NCBI GenBank assembly: GCA_028826165.1
Contig: JAPDFW010000090.1
Location: 1 to 64,000 of the forward strand
Direction: 5' to 3'
Origin: Anaeramoeba ignava BMAN
Lineage: Eukaryota; Protista; Anaeramoebae
Length of the DNA: 64,000 nt
The stretch's first letter is position 1. Each line of letters starts with the position of its first letter. The position numbers and the translations under genes are program-made. The notes beneath the pieces were generated by a model. The model had not been told where the DNA came from. It saw nothing but the letters and a program-made list of their open reading frames with translations, and did not search any database. Shown here piece after piece: positions 62,901 to 64,000 of this stretch.

Positions 62901-64000
62901 TTAATATAAACTTTTTTTTTTTTACCGAATTTTTGGAATTAAAGGATAATTATGAAGAACAGAAATGCTTAAAGTTGTTTCAATTGAGAAATTTTGGATA
63001 ATTTTATTCAATTTTTCATTTGAATTTTCATTTGAATTTTCATTTGAATTTGAATTTAAATTTTCATTTGAATTTGTAAAATAATTGTTTCCATTTTTAA
63101 ATAATTGCGCATTTGCATCAACTAATTTTAAATGAAAGGTATCATACAAATCATCCAAATCATTTTCAGGAAGATTTTCCAAAGAAAGAATATTTTGGAA
63201 GTAGAGATTATCATTTTCATTATTTTGATAACTAAAATTAATTCGCGAGAACTTTGAAAATCTTCTTTTCCATTTTTCTTGATTTTGTTCAGAATGACTT
63301 TCAAAAGACAAAGATCCAAGATCAAGAACAAGCAAAGAAGAATCAAAAGAATCGGGTTTTTCAGGTATTAAAATAACAGGAGCCTTCATTTGGAATGAAA
63401 GATTGACTTTTTTGTGTTCCGAAATGGCTTTTTGTAAAGATTCTGAAGTAAATTTTGCAAAATTCTCGAATTTGGCAACAGCAGCATCCTCGAATTCTTT
63501 GATTGAATAACGGTCCTTGATCTCAAAAAATTGCATGATTTCTGTATAAAAACTTTTCACAAATACAATTTCCGAGGGTTGAAGAGTAAATTGGATGTTG
63601 ATATCAGAAGCTGTTTCTGAAGGATGAAGTTCAATTTCCATTTCAAGAAAATTCTCTGAATTTTGGGATGATTTCTGAGGATAAAAAATTCTGCGAAATG
63701 GGGAATTCTGTTTTAAATGGTTGTTGATTTCTAGTGAATTGAGAGACAATTTGATTATTTGCGAATTTTTTTGGATCGATATAAAAGATTTGATGTTTGA
63801 AATTGTAATGTCTGATATTGTTGAATAATAATAATCTTGATCCTTCTTGATTTTCTTTGAAAAAACAATTTTCGCGTTTTTGATGTTGATTTGGAATCTG
63901 ATGTTGATTCCTTCATCCATAGAATTGGAAAGGAATTTATTATCCGTAACGCCAAGTGAAATGTATAATTCGTTTATTTTTTCATCGGAAAATTTAACCG
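53978..64000 (-). CDS. VPS13: VPS13-family bridge-like lipid transfer protein (5' end outside the window)
   Basis: MKAPVILIPE...LVLDLG, YFNNYLACWEPLIESW, VAB repeats (LRSPIQIINKT, PPLIIHNYL), ELLYIFL..FQIDNQ, LIGSVDFLGDPVGLF, ATG_C region GVPGFFKGVGMGLVGVITK, RIRPPRYI. Introns ~62852-62925 and 54187-55053. Confidence 0.95.

Noticed and set aside
44326-64000. RABL6, VPS9 and VPS13 as a functional trafficking gene cluster
   Set aside because: Trafficking genes are numerous in such genomes and there is no synteny or expression evidence; adjacency alone is insufficient.
1-64000. tRNA, rRNA or other structured RNA genes; alternative genetic code
   Set aside because: No GC-containing non-coding segment with a recognisable RNA gene structure was seen. 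Long ORFs read normally in the standard code and end at TAA or TGA.

Overview
Extremely AT-rich, intron-containing eukaryotic DNA read in the standard code with GT-AG introns. It is probably a protist; the RCC1-BTB and TLDc genes and the poly-NE/NQ tracts resemble Anaeramoeba-like metamonads, but that is inference only. The standout feature is an apparently intact 3,687-bp DNA transposon (2897-6583) with 16-bp TIRs (15/16 match), an ATT target-site duplication and palindromic subterminal repeats, inserted into a ~143-bp satellite. Its single intronless 1014-aa ORF fuses a PIF/Harbinger-ISL2EU-type DDE transposase to a ubiquitin-specific protease (USP/C19) domain with an intact Cys-His-Asp triad. 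The rest is a run of host genes: the last exon of a TLDc protein, a bacterial-type DUF2059 protein, RCC1-BTB, PPT1 (CLN1) head-to-head with a CLN6-like gene, Aquarius helicase, a 53-aa membrane microprotein, an ATG13-like HORMA protein, RasGEF, a CLASP-like TOG protein, adenylate kinase, CFIm25, eIF4G, RABL6, a VPS9-STB6 fusion and the 3' part of VPS13. Many introns are inflated to 0.5-2.7 kb by intron-specific minisatellites. Several single-base frameshifts look like assembly errors. Gene identities come from recognised motifs, not database searches, and exon boundaries were read by eye.
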